64,000 nt of DNA, taken from an uncultured Ruminococcus sp. (GTDB lineage Bacteria; Bacillota; Clostridia; Oscillospirales; Acutalibacteraceae). How positions within the stretch are numbered: the stretch's first letter is position 1; every line of letters starts with the position of its first letter. The translations under genes were made by a program, and so were the position numbers. Shown here one piece after another: positions 28,306 through 36,854 of the stretch. The stretch lies in contig CADBHB010000001.1 of assembly GCA_902794395.1 (NCBI GenBank), positions 91,289-155,288 of the forward strand. The letters run 5' to 3'. Under the pieces are notes generated by a model. That model was not told the DNA's origin and did not search any database. It saw only the letters and a list, made by a program, of their open reading frames with translations.

Positions 28306-29559
28306 CGATAGTTTAAACTCGGGCAGGCTTTGCACGGTCATTGTGCCGCCTGCTTCTTCTGCGCTGCGGCGCAGGGACAGCAGACCGCCGCTTTCGGCTA
28401 TCTCGCCCTTCGGCGGTTTACCGTTATTGGTAATGACGATCTCATTTTCGCTGAGCGTCACATTCAGGCGGTCGCCGCCTGCGTGCTTGACCGTGTTCGC
28501 GGCGCACTCCTGTATCGCGTGGGCGAGGATCGTGCGTTTGCTTGCCTGTTCGGACAGGCTGCCGTGAAGCTCAACCGTAACGCCGATCGACTGTACCATC
28601 CACAGCACCTCTGTCAGCAGATCGTCCTTATGCTCGGTCGGCTCTTTGTACTCGCCGAGCAGAAATGAATTCATCTGTGTCGTCGTGATATAGACGAGGT
28701 TCGCGTCGGTGTCGTCGGGGTGGTCCAGATAATGCCGCCCCATGAGCAGGACCTGTCCGAGCTGATTGTGCAGAGCGGCGCGCGCCGCCGCTTCTTCCTG
28801 CGCGACGAACATATCGCCCGACAGGTCAGACACCGCATGCATACGGCGCTTGATTTCCTGCAAATGCGCGTTCTTCGCTTTCAGCTCCTCGGTCACGCGG
28901 TAGCGCTCGGTCACGTCAATTGCCGTCAGGCAGTTATATTCTCTGCCGCTCTCGGTCAGGGCGCTTTGCACAAACTGACAAACCGTTCCGCTTCGGAGCT
29001 TTACAAAAGTTCTGTCGTTCTGCGATTCTCCCTCAGCTTCTATCTGCGCCGTAAAGCGGTTTGCGTCGGAGAGAAGGTGTCCCGTCAGCTCGCGGCATAT
29101 CGCGTTCATTTTGAGGTTGGAGAGCAGGACGGTTCCTTTATCGTCGCTGATACAGATTCCCGCAGGAAGCAGATCGACCGTCTGACGGATCGCGTCGGGC
29201 GTCAGGTGCGTATTCCGAAATTTGACGTCGCTGAGGAACAGCAGGATCAGTACGACGGTACAGATCAGCTCTCCGCATACGATCCACAGCCACGGCTGAG
29301 CGAACAGCGCCCATTCAAAAGACCGATATTTACATTCGTCCTCGGGCGAGATGAATCGCGTCATGGCAAAGTCCATAATAACGATCAGCAGCGCAAAGCA
29401 CAGCAGGAAGTTGATGACGGAAACGATCAGGTGCTTTTTTTCGCGTTTGTATCGGAATGTCTGAAAAAGCTCGGCGGTCTGACCGATCATAAGCAGGATC
29501 ACAAAAATGCCGATCAGATAATACAGCAGCGATCCGCTGATCGACTGTAAGCTCGTCAT
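28294..29559 (-). CDS. Membrane sensor histidine kinase, HisKA_3/NarX-like
   Basis: 3 N-terminal TMs; PAS-like LPAGICISDDKG segment; H-box RAALHNQLGQVL; N-box ECAANTVKHAGG; shortened G-boxes NNG and GGLLSL. Confidence 0.75.
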   Translation of the reverse strand: MTSLQSISGSLLYYLIGIFVILLMIGQTAELFQTFRYKREKKHLIVSVINFLLCFALLIVIMDFAMTRFISPEDECKYRSFEWALFAQPWLWIVCGELICTVVLILLFLSDVKFRNTHLTPDAIRQTVDLLPAGICISDDKGTVLLSNLKMNAICRELTGHLLSDANRFTAQIEAEGESQNDRTFVKLRSGTVCQFVQSALTESGREYNCLTAIDVTERYRVTEELKAKNAHLQEIKRRMHAVSDLSGDMFVAQEEAAARAALHNQLGQVLLMGRHYLDHPDDTDANLVYITTTQMNSFLLGEYKEPTEHKDDLLTEVLWMVQSIGVTVELHGSLSEQASKRTILAHAIQECAANTVKHAGGDRLNVTLSENEIVITNNGKPPKGEIAESGGLLSLRRSAEEAGGTMTVQSLPEFKLSLSF

Positions 29560-31199
29560 ACAGCCCCACCTCCCGTCGCGTTGATTGTCAGGAAGGTAAG
29601 ATCGTCGCTCACCTTGCGCTCTACAGGCAGCAGGGCCTGATGCAAATCGGGATCGCGCTGTGCTTCGATTGCCAGACGTATACCGCTCTTTGTCAGCGAG
29701 GCGGTCATACGCTTCATATACGGCAGGTAGGCTTCGATCACCGTTTCAAAGGTATCATATAAATTATGAATCGCGGATAAGGGCAGGTCGGAATACTCCT
29801 CGCCGACAGCTGCCGCCTGTATACCGCAGCACTCCAAAAACCGCGTCGTTTCCTGCAAGGACAGAAACAGCTCTCGGTTATGCTTCGGGAGCGTTTCTTC
29901 GGATAAAAGTATCAAATTGCTCTTGCGCTTTGAATAGGCGTTATAGACGCAGCATTCGGCAAGGGCTTTGCTGAATTCGGTCGTGTCAGGCTCAACGTCC
30001 GCTAAAAGCGCCTCGATCTTCTTCTGCTTCGGATAGAGCGCGCGGGCTATCTTGTCATACACCTGATTCTGCGCTTCAAAATGCGCCTGCTTCTCTTTCA
30101 GCTTGTTCTCAACGGCGATCAGGTCGTTTTCTTCGCTGAGGATTTCGTTCGCGGCTTCCAAACGGCAGTTCTCACGGTGCAGTTCGGTTTCATCCTCTGT
30201 CCAGAAGGCATAGCCCGCCTGTATCGGCATACCGGAAAGCCGCGTATCGTCATCAAGACAGACCGGCGCGGTAACGGACGCGGATAGCTGTTCCGCCGAC
30301 GCCGTGACGGGGACAGCGGATATGAAAACAGGCTCAAACCTCTTGTCCGCGATCATCACGGGCAGACCGAGCTGAGAGAAAAAGCCGCTGTGATTTTCGT
30401 TATATGGTATCAACCGCTCACGTATACAAATTTCCATAACGCCCAGCATACAGAAGATGTGTACCTCGGGTACATTGAACATAGCCGGTATTTTGTGCTT
30501 GTTAAAAAAGAGGACACAGACTAAAACCAGCGTTACCCATATCGCGATCACGACGATCAGCATGACCGTCATACGGACGGGGCGTTTTCTCGTTTCACGG
30601 AACAGCAGGATAAAACCCGCAAGCGCAGTCAGTCCCATCCACGCATACATCAGATAAAAGCCGATCCCGAGAGAATAAGTGCCGGTTTTGACGGCAAATT
30701 GAGAAAGCCCGACCTTTGGAGCGTAGACAAATCCGTGCAGATCGTTCGTCATCACCATCAGCGATAGCGCGATAGCGGGGATCAGAAGCAGCATTTCACG
30801 GTGCGTATCTTCCTCCCGTTCTCCGCGGCGAATCCGGATACAGGTCATCAAAAACAGCGTTGGGATCATCACCTGAGGTATCCAGTAGGCATACACGGCA
30901 ACCCTTGACGGTATCGCGTCGGCTTCGGCGATCCGGTATTTGAACACCCGCAGCGTCAGATACAGCAGCATGAGTAATGCCGCCGCGAGGATATACGCGC
31001 GCGCCTTTGTCGGCAACAGCCTTGAACGGACTGACTGTATCCAGTAAAGCAGCAGCCCGGCGTAGATTAGAAAATTAGCACTGAACATAAATGTGTTTAG
31101 AAACAGACTGTCCGTGCCGGTGAACAGATAACATACGCCCGACAAAATCAGAAAGCCGATAAACACAATCGTCTGTTTGATTTCTTTTCGGTCACCCAC
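29556..31199 (-). CDS. 7TM sensor-like membrane protein with a degenerate, kinase-less cytoplasmic part
   Basis: ~7 TMs, PAS-like region and coiled coil but no H/N/G boxes. GTG start behind an AAGGAGG RBS; stop overlaps the kinase ATG. Confidence 0.75.
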   Translation of the reverse strand: MGDRKEIKQTIVFIGFLILSGVCYLFTGTDSLFLNTFMFSANFLIYAGLLLYWIQSVRSRLLPTKARAYILAAALLMLLYLTLRVFKYRIAEADAIPSRVAVYAYWIPQVMIPTLFLMTCIRIRRGEREEDTHREMLLLIPAIALSLMVMTNDLHGFVYAPKVGLSQFAVKTGTYSLGIGFYLMYAWMGLTALAGFILLFRETRKRPVRMTVMLIVVIAIWVTLVLVCVLFFNKHKIPAMFNVPEVHIFCMLGVMEICIRERLIPYNENHSGFFSQLGLPVMIADKRFEPVFISAVPVTASAEQLSASVTAPVCLDDDTRLSGMPIQAGYAFWTEDETELHRENCRLEAANEILSEENDLIAVENKLKEKQAHFEAQNQVYDKIARALYPKQKKIEALLADVEPDTTEFSKALAECCVYNAYSKRKSNLILLSEETLPKHNRELFLSLQETTRFLECCGIQAAAVGEEYSDLPLSAIHNLYDTFETVIEAYLPYMKRMTASLTKSGIRLAIEAQRDPDLHQALLPVERKVSDDLTFLTINATGGGAV

Positions 31200-31248
31200 A
31201 ATCAGCCCTCCTTTCGTTTCGATTCCTTTATGTAAAATTATATCTGAA

Positions 31249-31368
31249 TCATAAGATAATTGCAACCGGCTGACAAAGAAATCGACACAACAAAAGCCGC
31301 TCTCCGAAATCAGAGAACTCTGTTCGTATATTGAGACGATTACCGTGTTCGTCGTAGTATCTGATCAT
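31249..31368 (-). CDS. Candidate 39-aa small protein (MIRYYDEHGNRLNIRTEFSDFGERLLLCRFLCQPVAIIL)
   Basis: AGGAAGGTGA RBS 6 nt before ATG; lies directly upstream of the sensor pair on the same strand; below the ORF-track cutoff. Confidence 0.4.
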   Translation of the reverse strand: MIRYYDEHGNRLNIRTEFSDFGERLLLCRFLCQPVAIIL

Positions 31369-31689
31369 AAACCGTCACCTTCCTTGCCCCGGATTTAAAC
31401 AAGAATCCTGCTTGCGTTATAACTAAAAATATTATATAATATATGTGTTAAAACTAATAATGAATTGGTATTTTCCCTTATACTGTACCGTGGAGACCGT
31501 CGTTTCACTATCCGGAAAATGAGGTCGGGGGAACGGAAATGGCTTGAAATCAGGGCATTTGCGGGTTTCAGCCGTCAGCGAGAGCATGGATAAGTTTCCT
31601 CTGACTGAAAGGGCAAAATTGAGAAAAATCGCTGCTGTAACTCTCGGTTTACTGTCAAGGGCAATTATATAATTGTTACACTGCACCCC

Positions 31690-31717
31690 CACTGCCGTTA
31701 CCGGCGGTGGGGAGCGG
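31690..31717 (+). repeat. 28-nt hairpin motif, copy 1 (CACTGCC-N6-GGCGGTG-GGGAGCGG)
   Basis: Matches 32130-32157 at 21 of 22 non-loop positions. Confidence 0.8.
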
Positions 31718-31736
31718 AGAAGAAGGAGGAACGCAT

Positions 31737-32102
31737 ATGGAAATAAATAAACTGCCATATAAACTGACAGTCTGCAAGGTGACAGATATTGTAGAGATTG
31801 ATACAAAGAAAGATTTTTATTTTATCGGAAAGACTGATGAAGAAATATCGCTGGTCTGCGTTACTGAAGAAACTCCTACAAACACCATCGAGCGTGAAGA
31901 CGGCTGGCGAGGCTTTCGTATTCAGGGAGTACTGGATTTCTCACTTATCGGTATTCTATCTAAAATATCCGGGATTCTCGCAGAAAATAAAATCGGCATA
32001 TTTGCGGCATCAACCTTCAATACAGATTATATCCTTGTGAAGGAAGAAAACTTTGAACGGGCTTTGGATGTTCTGCGCAAAGGCGGTTATGTTGTCGTAT
32101 AA
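31737..32102 (+). CDS. ACT-domain protein (CASTOR/ACT_7-like)
   Basis: IGKTDEEISLVC, GWRGFRIQGVLDFSLIGIL, FAASTFNTDYILVK; AAGGAGG RBS. Confidence 0.9.
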   Translation: MEINKLPYKLTVCKVTDIVEIDTKKDFYFIGKTDEEISLVCVTEETPTNTIEREDGWRGFRIQGVLDFSLIGILSKISGILAENKIGIFAASTFNTDYILVKEENFERALDVLRKGGYVVV

Positions 32103-32129
32103 GGATAGCAGGATGCCACACGGCACCAA

Positions 32130-32157
32130 CACTGCCATCATAGGCAGTGGGGAGCGG
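32130..32157 (+). repeat. 28-nt hairpin motif, copy 2 (CACTGCC-N6-GGCAGTG-GGGAGCGG)
   Basis: Direct repeat of 31690-31717, 440 bp downstream. Confidence 0.8.
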
Positions 32158-32191
32158 GATGTTGTAATCACCAAGCTGGAGGTGGTGATAA

Positions 32192-32743
32192 TTGAAGCGT
32201 AAGACAACAAAAGAAATACTTGCAGAATCATACCTTGAGCTTGCGGAGAGAAAAACAATCAACAAAATATCTGTTGTTGACATAGTAGAGAACTGTTCAA
32301 TGACGAAACCGACATTTTACAGGTACTTTAAGGATAAAAACGACCTCATTTCATGGCTCTTTGTTCAGGCAACGAAGGAAAATTTAGACAGGATCGGTAC
32401 CAACGGCTGTGCGTGGATCGATACGCTGCTTGATGGTATACGAAGCTATGAACAATACCGTAAATATGTGGTTAACGCCTTGAAGCATACCAGCGGCCGG
32501 GAGTCTTTCATCAATATCATGAATGAGACCGAAATTGAATTTATTGAATTAGAAATCAAGAGGAAGCTCGGTCAGGATACCGTTCCTGAAAACCTTGCTG
32601 CGATCGTAAGAATTTATTGTTATGGTTCCGGGCAATATATCTGCGATTGGCTTATGCACAGCAAGCCTGTTTCCTGTGAAAAAGTTGCGCAAGCTCTTAA
32701 AGCTGCTATCCCGGAGGAATTAAGACCATTTTTGTTTGAATAA
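32192..32743 (+). CDS. TetR/AcrR-family transcriptional regulator
   Basis: N-terminal HTH ISVVDIVENCSMTKPTFYRYFKDK; TTG start behind a GGAGGTG RBS. Confidence 0.9.
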   Translation: MKRKTTKEILAESYLELAERKTINKISVVDIVENCSMTKPTFYRYFKDKNDLISWLFVQATKENLDRIGTNGCAWIDTLLDGIRSYEQYRKYVVNALKHTSGRESFINIMNETEIEFIELEIKRKLGQDTVPENLAAIVRIYCYGSGQYICDWLMHSKPVSCEKVAQALKAAIPEELRPFLFE

Positions 32744-32894
32744 CTCGCAAATAACTTTACTCTTTTCTTCATCGGTAAAATGATATTACGGGTAACTAAA
32801 GCCGTAACTCGACATACGCTATAGTATTCCGCTATAATATAATTGTGCACAATAAAGAAGCGCACAACAGCGAAATAAACAGGAGGAATATATC

Positions 32895-33359
32895 ATGACA
32901 CTTGAAGAAAAGATCAAGATGCTTAACGATTATGCGGTCGGCTGGTATTCCAGCTCACAGGCGGACTATATCCACGAGGCTATTTTCCGTGCACAGGGGT
33001 TTGTGAAGTTTGCGGATCGCTGCAAGGAAGAGGGCGATGAGGAGCTGGAGGAAGCAAGAAAGTGTACGGCAAGGGTCGTTTCCCTCGGCGGACAGCCTGC
33101 GATCGGATATGTCGAGCAGCCGCTCTTCTGCGAGATCAAAGATCTTCTGAAGGATTGGGACGACGGATTCAGGGAATTCAAGGGAGTCGAGAGAATGGAG
33201 AATGAAATAGCGAATCTTGCGGACGACTCCATCACCAGAAAGCTTTTGGAAGGCTTCATTGAGTGTGAAGCCGAGCACCGTGCATGGGTGGCACAGCATA
33301 TGGGCATTATCGAAAGAATCGGCTATGAGAACTATCTGACCCTGCAGCTTGGCGACTAA
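32895..33359 (+). CDS. Bacterioferritin-like protein with altered ligands
   Basis: Aligns without gaps to the first two Bfr helices (H28, G36, E47, E51, R61) and the C-terminal ExxH...W...IGYENYL segment. Confidence 0.8.
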   Translation: MTLEEKIKMLNDYAVGWYSSSQADYIHEAIFRAQGFVKFADRCKEEGDEELEEARKCTARVVSLGGQPAIGYVEQPLFCEIKDLLKDWDDGFREFKGVERMENEIANLADDSITRKLLEGFIECEAEHRAWVAQHMGIIERIGYENYLTLQLGD

Positions 33360-33371
33360 GACACCGGCATC

Positions 33372-33536
33372 ATGGAAAACAAAAAGTATAAGTGTGCCAA
33401 ATGCGGCTATACCTATGATCCCGAAGTCGGAGATCCGAAGCACGGGATCGAACCGGGCACTCCGTTTGAAGCCCTGCCGGAGGACTGGAAATGCCCTCGC
33501 TGCAAGCGGGGCAAGGAGAAATTAAACAAGGCATAA
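33372..33536 (+). CDS. Rubredoxin (54 aa, missed by the ORF track)
   Basis: [54 protein letters not shown]: two CxxC motifs with YDPExGDP and LPEDWxCP. Confidence 0.95.
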   Translation: MENKKYKCAKCGYTYDPEVGDPKHGIEPGTPFEALPEDWKCPRCKRGKEKLNKA

Positions 33537-33698
33537 TTACGCGATATCACTATACTTCGCTATTAAGGTAGATGTGATATTTTGTGTTCTTCATTTGTAA
33601 AACCTCCGTAATTTTCAGATTATATCCTACAAATCCAACTATCCGACTGTTTTATAAAAGCCAAAGGGAGACAACTTCCTTACGAAGTGCCTCCCTTC

Positions 33699-33998
33699 GG
33701 GTGCTTTTTGTTTTGGCGGAGAGAAGGTACTGCGGTGCTATAAACGACGCACTGCGCCGCTTGCTGCTGCGTGTGGGGGAGTCAAGGGTTCATCAACGCT
33801 CTCCCTCAAAACAGTCCACAGGACTGTTTTGACCCGCCTGCGGCGTGCGCCGGTGGGCGCTTTCTCCGCCTTTGGAGAACTTTCATCTTTTATAAAACGT
33901 CATCAACGGCGGGATGAAAAGTGCTGTCGGCTTGAAGTTTCATCAACGCTCTCCCTCAAATCCCCTTCTCTCCTTTTTTCCAAAACAAAAAAGCACCC
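33699..33998. repeat. tRNA-Ser-derived mini-element, copy B (long form, ~300 bp)
   Basis: Ends are imperfect inverted repeats built from the tRNA 3' end plus terminator arm. Internal 22-bp direct repeat TTCATCAACGCTCTCCCTCAAA (33789-33810, 33939-33960) and palindrome AAAACAGTCC-ACA-GGACTGTTTT. Confidence 0.85.
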
Positions 33999-34016
33999 TT
34001 GTGGGTGCTTTTGTTT

Positions 34017-34109
34017 TGGCGGAGAGAAGGGGATTTGAACCCCTGGTACGGCGATTACCGTACACATGATTTCCAATCATGCTCCTTCGGCCAGCTCGGA
34101 CATCTCTCC
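34017..34109 (-). tRNA. tRNA-Ser(GGA) with encoded CCA
   Basis: GGAGAGA/TCTCTCC acceptor stem, CATGA-TTGGAAA-TCATG anticodon arm, long variable arm, GGTTCAAATCC T-loop; terminator at 33982-34017. Confidence 0.97.
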
Positions 34110-34123
34110 GTGCGCCGCTTGTT

Positions 34124-34152
34124 ATTATAACAAATATCTTCAAAAAAATCAA
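34124..34152 (-). promoter_or_regulatory. tRNA-Ser promoter
   Basis: TTGATT-17 bp-TATAAT with TG extension. Confidence 0.75.
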
Positions 34153-34244
34153 GCCCTGTTTTTGTTTTATTTCGGAAAAATTTTCGCGGGGTCCCGAAAA
34201 TTGCATAAATATGCGGAAAACTTGATATTTAGCCGCTAAAATAC

Positions 34245-34273
34245 TTGATTTTTCTTATTGAGTCTGTTATATT
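34245..34273 (+). promoter_or_regulatory. Promoter of the amino-acid ABC operon
   Basis: TTGATT-17 bp-TATATT with TG extension. Confidence 0.65.
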
Positions 34274-34308
34274 AATAATTGTGATTATTTTAAAGGAGAT
34301 GTAAATCT

Positions 34309-35109
34309 ATGAAAAAAGTATTATCCGCGATTCTTGCGGGTGTTATGGTCTGCACCATGGCGTTTGCCTTTGCGGGCTGTGGCAGCAGCAAGGCAAAGAA
34401 AATCACCAAGGTAGACGATCTTAAGGGCGCTATCATCGGCGTGCAGTCCGGCACCACCGGCGACAACATCGCTACCGAATACGAGAAGGACGGCGCTACC
34501 GTTAACCGCTACAACAAGGGCGCTGATGCGGTAGTAGCTCTGAAGAACGGAAAGATCGACTGTGTTATCATCGACAGCGAGCCCGCTAAGGCGTTTGTAG
34601 CCAACAACAGCGGTCTTAAGATCCTCGACACCGCCGACGACGAGAACTTCGCCAAAGAGGAGTACGCCATCTGCATAGCCAAGGGCAACGAGGCGCTGCT
34701 TGAGAAGTTCAACACCGCTCTCGGTGAGCTTAAGGAAGACGGCACCGTTTCCAAGATCATCAACCACTTCATCGGCGACGAGGAGTACACCTACTCCACT
34801 CCCGAAGGCACCCAGTATCCCAACGGCGAGCTGCACATGGCTACCAACGCTGAGTTTGAGCCTTATGAATACATCGCCGACAATAAGATCGTAGGCATCG
34901 ACCCCATGATCGCTACCGCCATCTGCGACAAGCTCGGCTACAAGCTGGTTATCGACAACATGGAGTTTGAGTCTATCATCGGTTCCATTCAGACCGGCAA
35001 GGCTGATTTCGGTATGGCGGGCATGACCGTCACCGAAGAGAGAAAGAAGAGCGTCAGCTTCACCGACACCTACGCGGAAGCCGCTCAGGTCATCATCGTC
35101 AAGAAATAA
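34309..35109 (+). CDS. Polar amino-acid ABC transporter substrate-binding lipoprotein
   Basis: Lipobox FAFAGC; IGVQSGTTG, GKIDCVIIDSEPA, ATNAEFEPYEY, VSFTDTYA. Confidence 0.92.
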   Translation: MKKVLSAILAGVMVCTMAFAFAGCGSSKAKKITKVDDLKGAIIGVQSGTTGDNIATEYEKDGATVNRYNKGADAVVALKNGKIDCVIIDSEPAKAFVANNSGLKILDTADDENFAKEEYAICIAKGNEALLEKFNTALGELKEDGTVSKIINHFIGDEEYTYSTPEGTQYPNGELHMATNAEFEPYEYIADNKIVGIDPMIATAICDKLGYKLVIDNMEFESIIGSIQTGKADFGMAGMTVTEERKKSVSFTDTYAEAAQVIIVKK

Positions 35110-35175
35110 TCGAATCGCAATTCAGGCGCAGTCGGTGGTTTTGCTGACTGCGCCGTTGCTGAAAAGGATAGTTGT

Positions 35176-35982
35176 ATGCAGTTTTTGAATATGCTGGCAG
35201 CCTCTGTCGGCAGTACCGTTTCCGAAGCGACAAGCTCGGGTTCGGACGGGGATATGGGCTTTTGGCAAAGCATAGGGAATCGGTTTTACAGGACCTTCAT
35301 TGAGGAAAACCGCTGGAAGATGTTTTTGGACGGTCTTTCCAAAACGGTGCAGATCACGATATTCGCAGCCTTGCTCGGCGTTGCGCTGGGCTTTTTGGTG
35401 GCGATAATCCGCTCTACTCACGACCTGACCCTGCACAAGAAAAAATGCAAAAGCTTCGGCGACGTGCTGTTGAAGTTTTTCAATATCATCTGTAATATCT
35501 ACATCACTATCATCCGCGGTACCCCTGTGGTTATCCAGCTGTTGATAATGTATAATATCATCTTCGCCTCCTCGCGCAACGCGGTAATGATAGCCATTCT
35601 TTCGTTCGGCATCAACTCCGGCGCTTATGTCGCGGAGATCGTGCGCTCGGGCATCATGTCTATCGACAAGGGTCAGTTCGAGGCTAGCCGCTCCATTGGC
35701 TTCGACTACAAAAGCACCATGATCCATGTCATTCTGCCGCAGGCTCTTAAAAACATCCTTCCCGCGCTGGGCAACGAGTTTATCGTGCTGGTCAAGGAGA
35801 CCTCGGTCGCGGGCTATGTTGCGATAATGGACCTGACAAAGGTTGGCAACACTGTTATCAACAGGACCTACGACGCGTTTACGCCGCTGATCTCCGTAGC
35901 TATATTCTACCTGATCGTCGTGCTGATTCTTTCATTCATCCTCAAACGCATCGAAAGGAGGCTGCGCAACAGTGACCACTGA
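35176..35982 (+). CDS. Polar amino-acid ABC permease
   Basis: [27 protein letters not shown] (EAA loop), [11 protein letters not shown]. Confidence 0.95.
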   Translation: MQFLNMLAASVGSTVSEATSSGSDGDMGFWQSIGNRFYRTFIEENRWKMFLDGLSKTVQITIFAALLGVALGFLVAIIRSTHDLTLHKKKCKSFGDVLLKFFNIICNIYITIIRGTPVVIQLLIMYNIIFASSRNAVMIAILSFGINSGAYVAEIVRSGIMSIDKGQFEASRSIGFDYKSTMIHVILPQALKNILPALGNEFIVLVKETSVAGYVAIMDLTKVGNTVINRTYDAFTPLISVAIFYLIVVLILSFILKRIERRLRNSDH

Positions 35983-36715
35983 TAATAAAGTGCTGATAAA
36001 GGTCGAAGACCTGTGCAAGTCCTTCGGCGATCTCAAGGTGCTCAAGGGCGTCAACGCCGAAATCAAAAAGGGCGATGTAATGGTGGTGATAGGCGCGTCC
36101 GGCTCGGGCAAGTCCACCTTCCTGCGCTGCCTGAACCTTTTGGAGGAGCCTACCTCGGGCACCATCACCTTTGAGGGCGTGGACATCACCGCCCCTTCCG
36201 TGAACATCAACAAGCACCGCCAGAAAATGGGCATGGTGTTCCAGCAGTTCAACCTGTTCCCGCACAAGACGGTGCTGAAAAACATGACCCTCGGTCCCAG
36301 AAAGCTGCTCAAGCAGAGCAAGAAAGAGGCTGAGGAAAACGCCATGAAGCTGCTGGAGCGCGTCGGACTTGCTGACAAGGCGAACGCCTATCCCAACCAG
36401 CTTTCGGGCGGACAAAAGCAGCGTGTCGCCATAGTGCGCGCGCTGGCGATGAACCCCGACGTCATGCTTTTTGACGAGCCGACCTCGGCGCTCGACCCCG
36501 AAATGGTGGGCGAGGTGCTCGAGGTAATGAAGCAGCTCGCCAGGGAGGGCATGACTATGGTCGTAGTCACCCACGAAATGGGCTTTGCCCGCGAGGTCGG
36601 CACCGACATCGTCTTTGTGGACGAGGGCGTTATAGTGGAGCAGGGAAGTCCGAAGGATTTCTTTGAGAATCCCAAAAACCCGCGCCTCAAGGACTTTTTG
36701 TCCAAGGTTTTATAA
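35972..36715 (+). CDS. Polar amino-acid ABC ATP-binding protein (GlnQ-like)
   Basis: [31 protein letters not shown]. Confidence 0.95.
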   Translation: MTTDNKVLIKVEDLCKSFGDLKVLKGVNAEIKKGDVMVVIGASGSGKSTFLRCLNLLEEPTSGTITFEGVDITAPSVNINKHRQKMGMVFQQFNLFPHKTVLKNMTLGPRKLLKQSKKEAEENAMKLLERVGLADKANAYPNQLSGGQKQRVAIVRALAMNPDVMLFDEPTSALDPEMVGEVLEVMKQLAREGMTMVVVTHEMGFAREVGTDIVFVDEGVIVEQGSPKDFFENPKNPRLKDFLSKVL

Positions 36716-36725
36716 GTTCTTATTT

Positions 36726-36754
36726 GAGCGTCCCGTAACGGGGCGCTCTTTTTT
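36726..36754 (+). terminator. Intrinsic terminator
   Basis: GAGCGTCCCG-TAA-CGGGCGCTC followed by T7. Confidence 0.85.
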
Positions 36755-36854
36755 TCAAGCTGATTCAATAAAAAGGTCTTGTGACAGCCTTGTGCCTGCG
36801 ATGCAACAAAGATATTGATAAATACAAAATTCCCGACGGGGACAAGCGCGCTTT

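Larger units (their letters stand above)
21259..34030. mobile_element. Putative tRNA-Ser-anchored genomic island without an integrase
   Basis: 16-bp direct repeat of the tRNA 3' end at 21259-21274, 33712-33727 and 34015-34030; accessory cargo; visibly AT-richer stretch at ~31.2-33.7 kb; several repeat relics. Confidence 0.6.

Noticed and set aside
31480-31640. Possible att site or riboswitch upstream of the ACT gene
   Set aside because: It vaguely resembles element ends, but I found no partner repeat and no recognisable aptamer consensus.
21259-34030. Integrase, transposase or relaxase in the island
   Set aside because: No ORF with tyrosine/serine recombinase, DDE or HUH motifs was found in any frame.
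34167-34202. CodY box near the ABC operon (AATTTTCG-N8-CGAAAATT inverted repeat)
   Set aside because: The spacing does not fit AATTTTCWGAAAATT and the best 15-mer has five mismatches.
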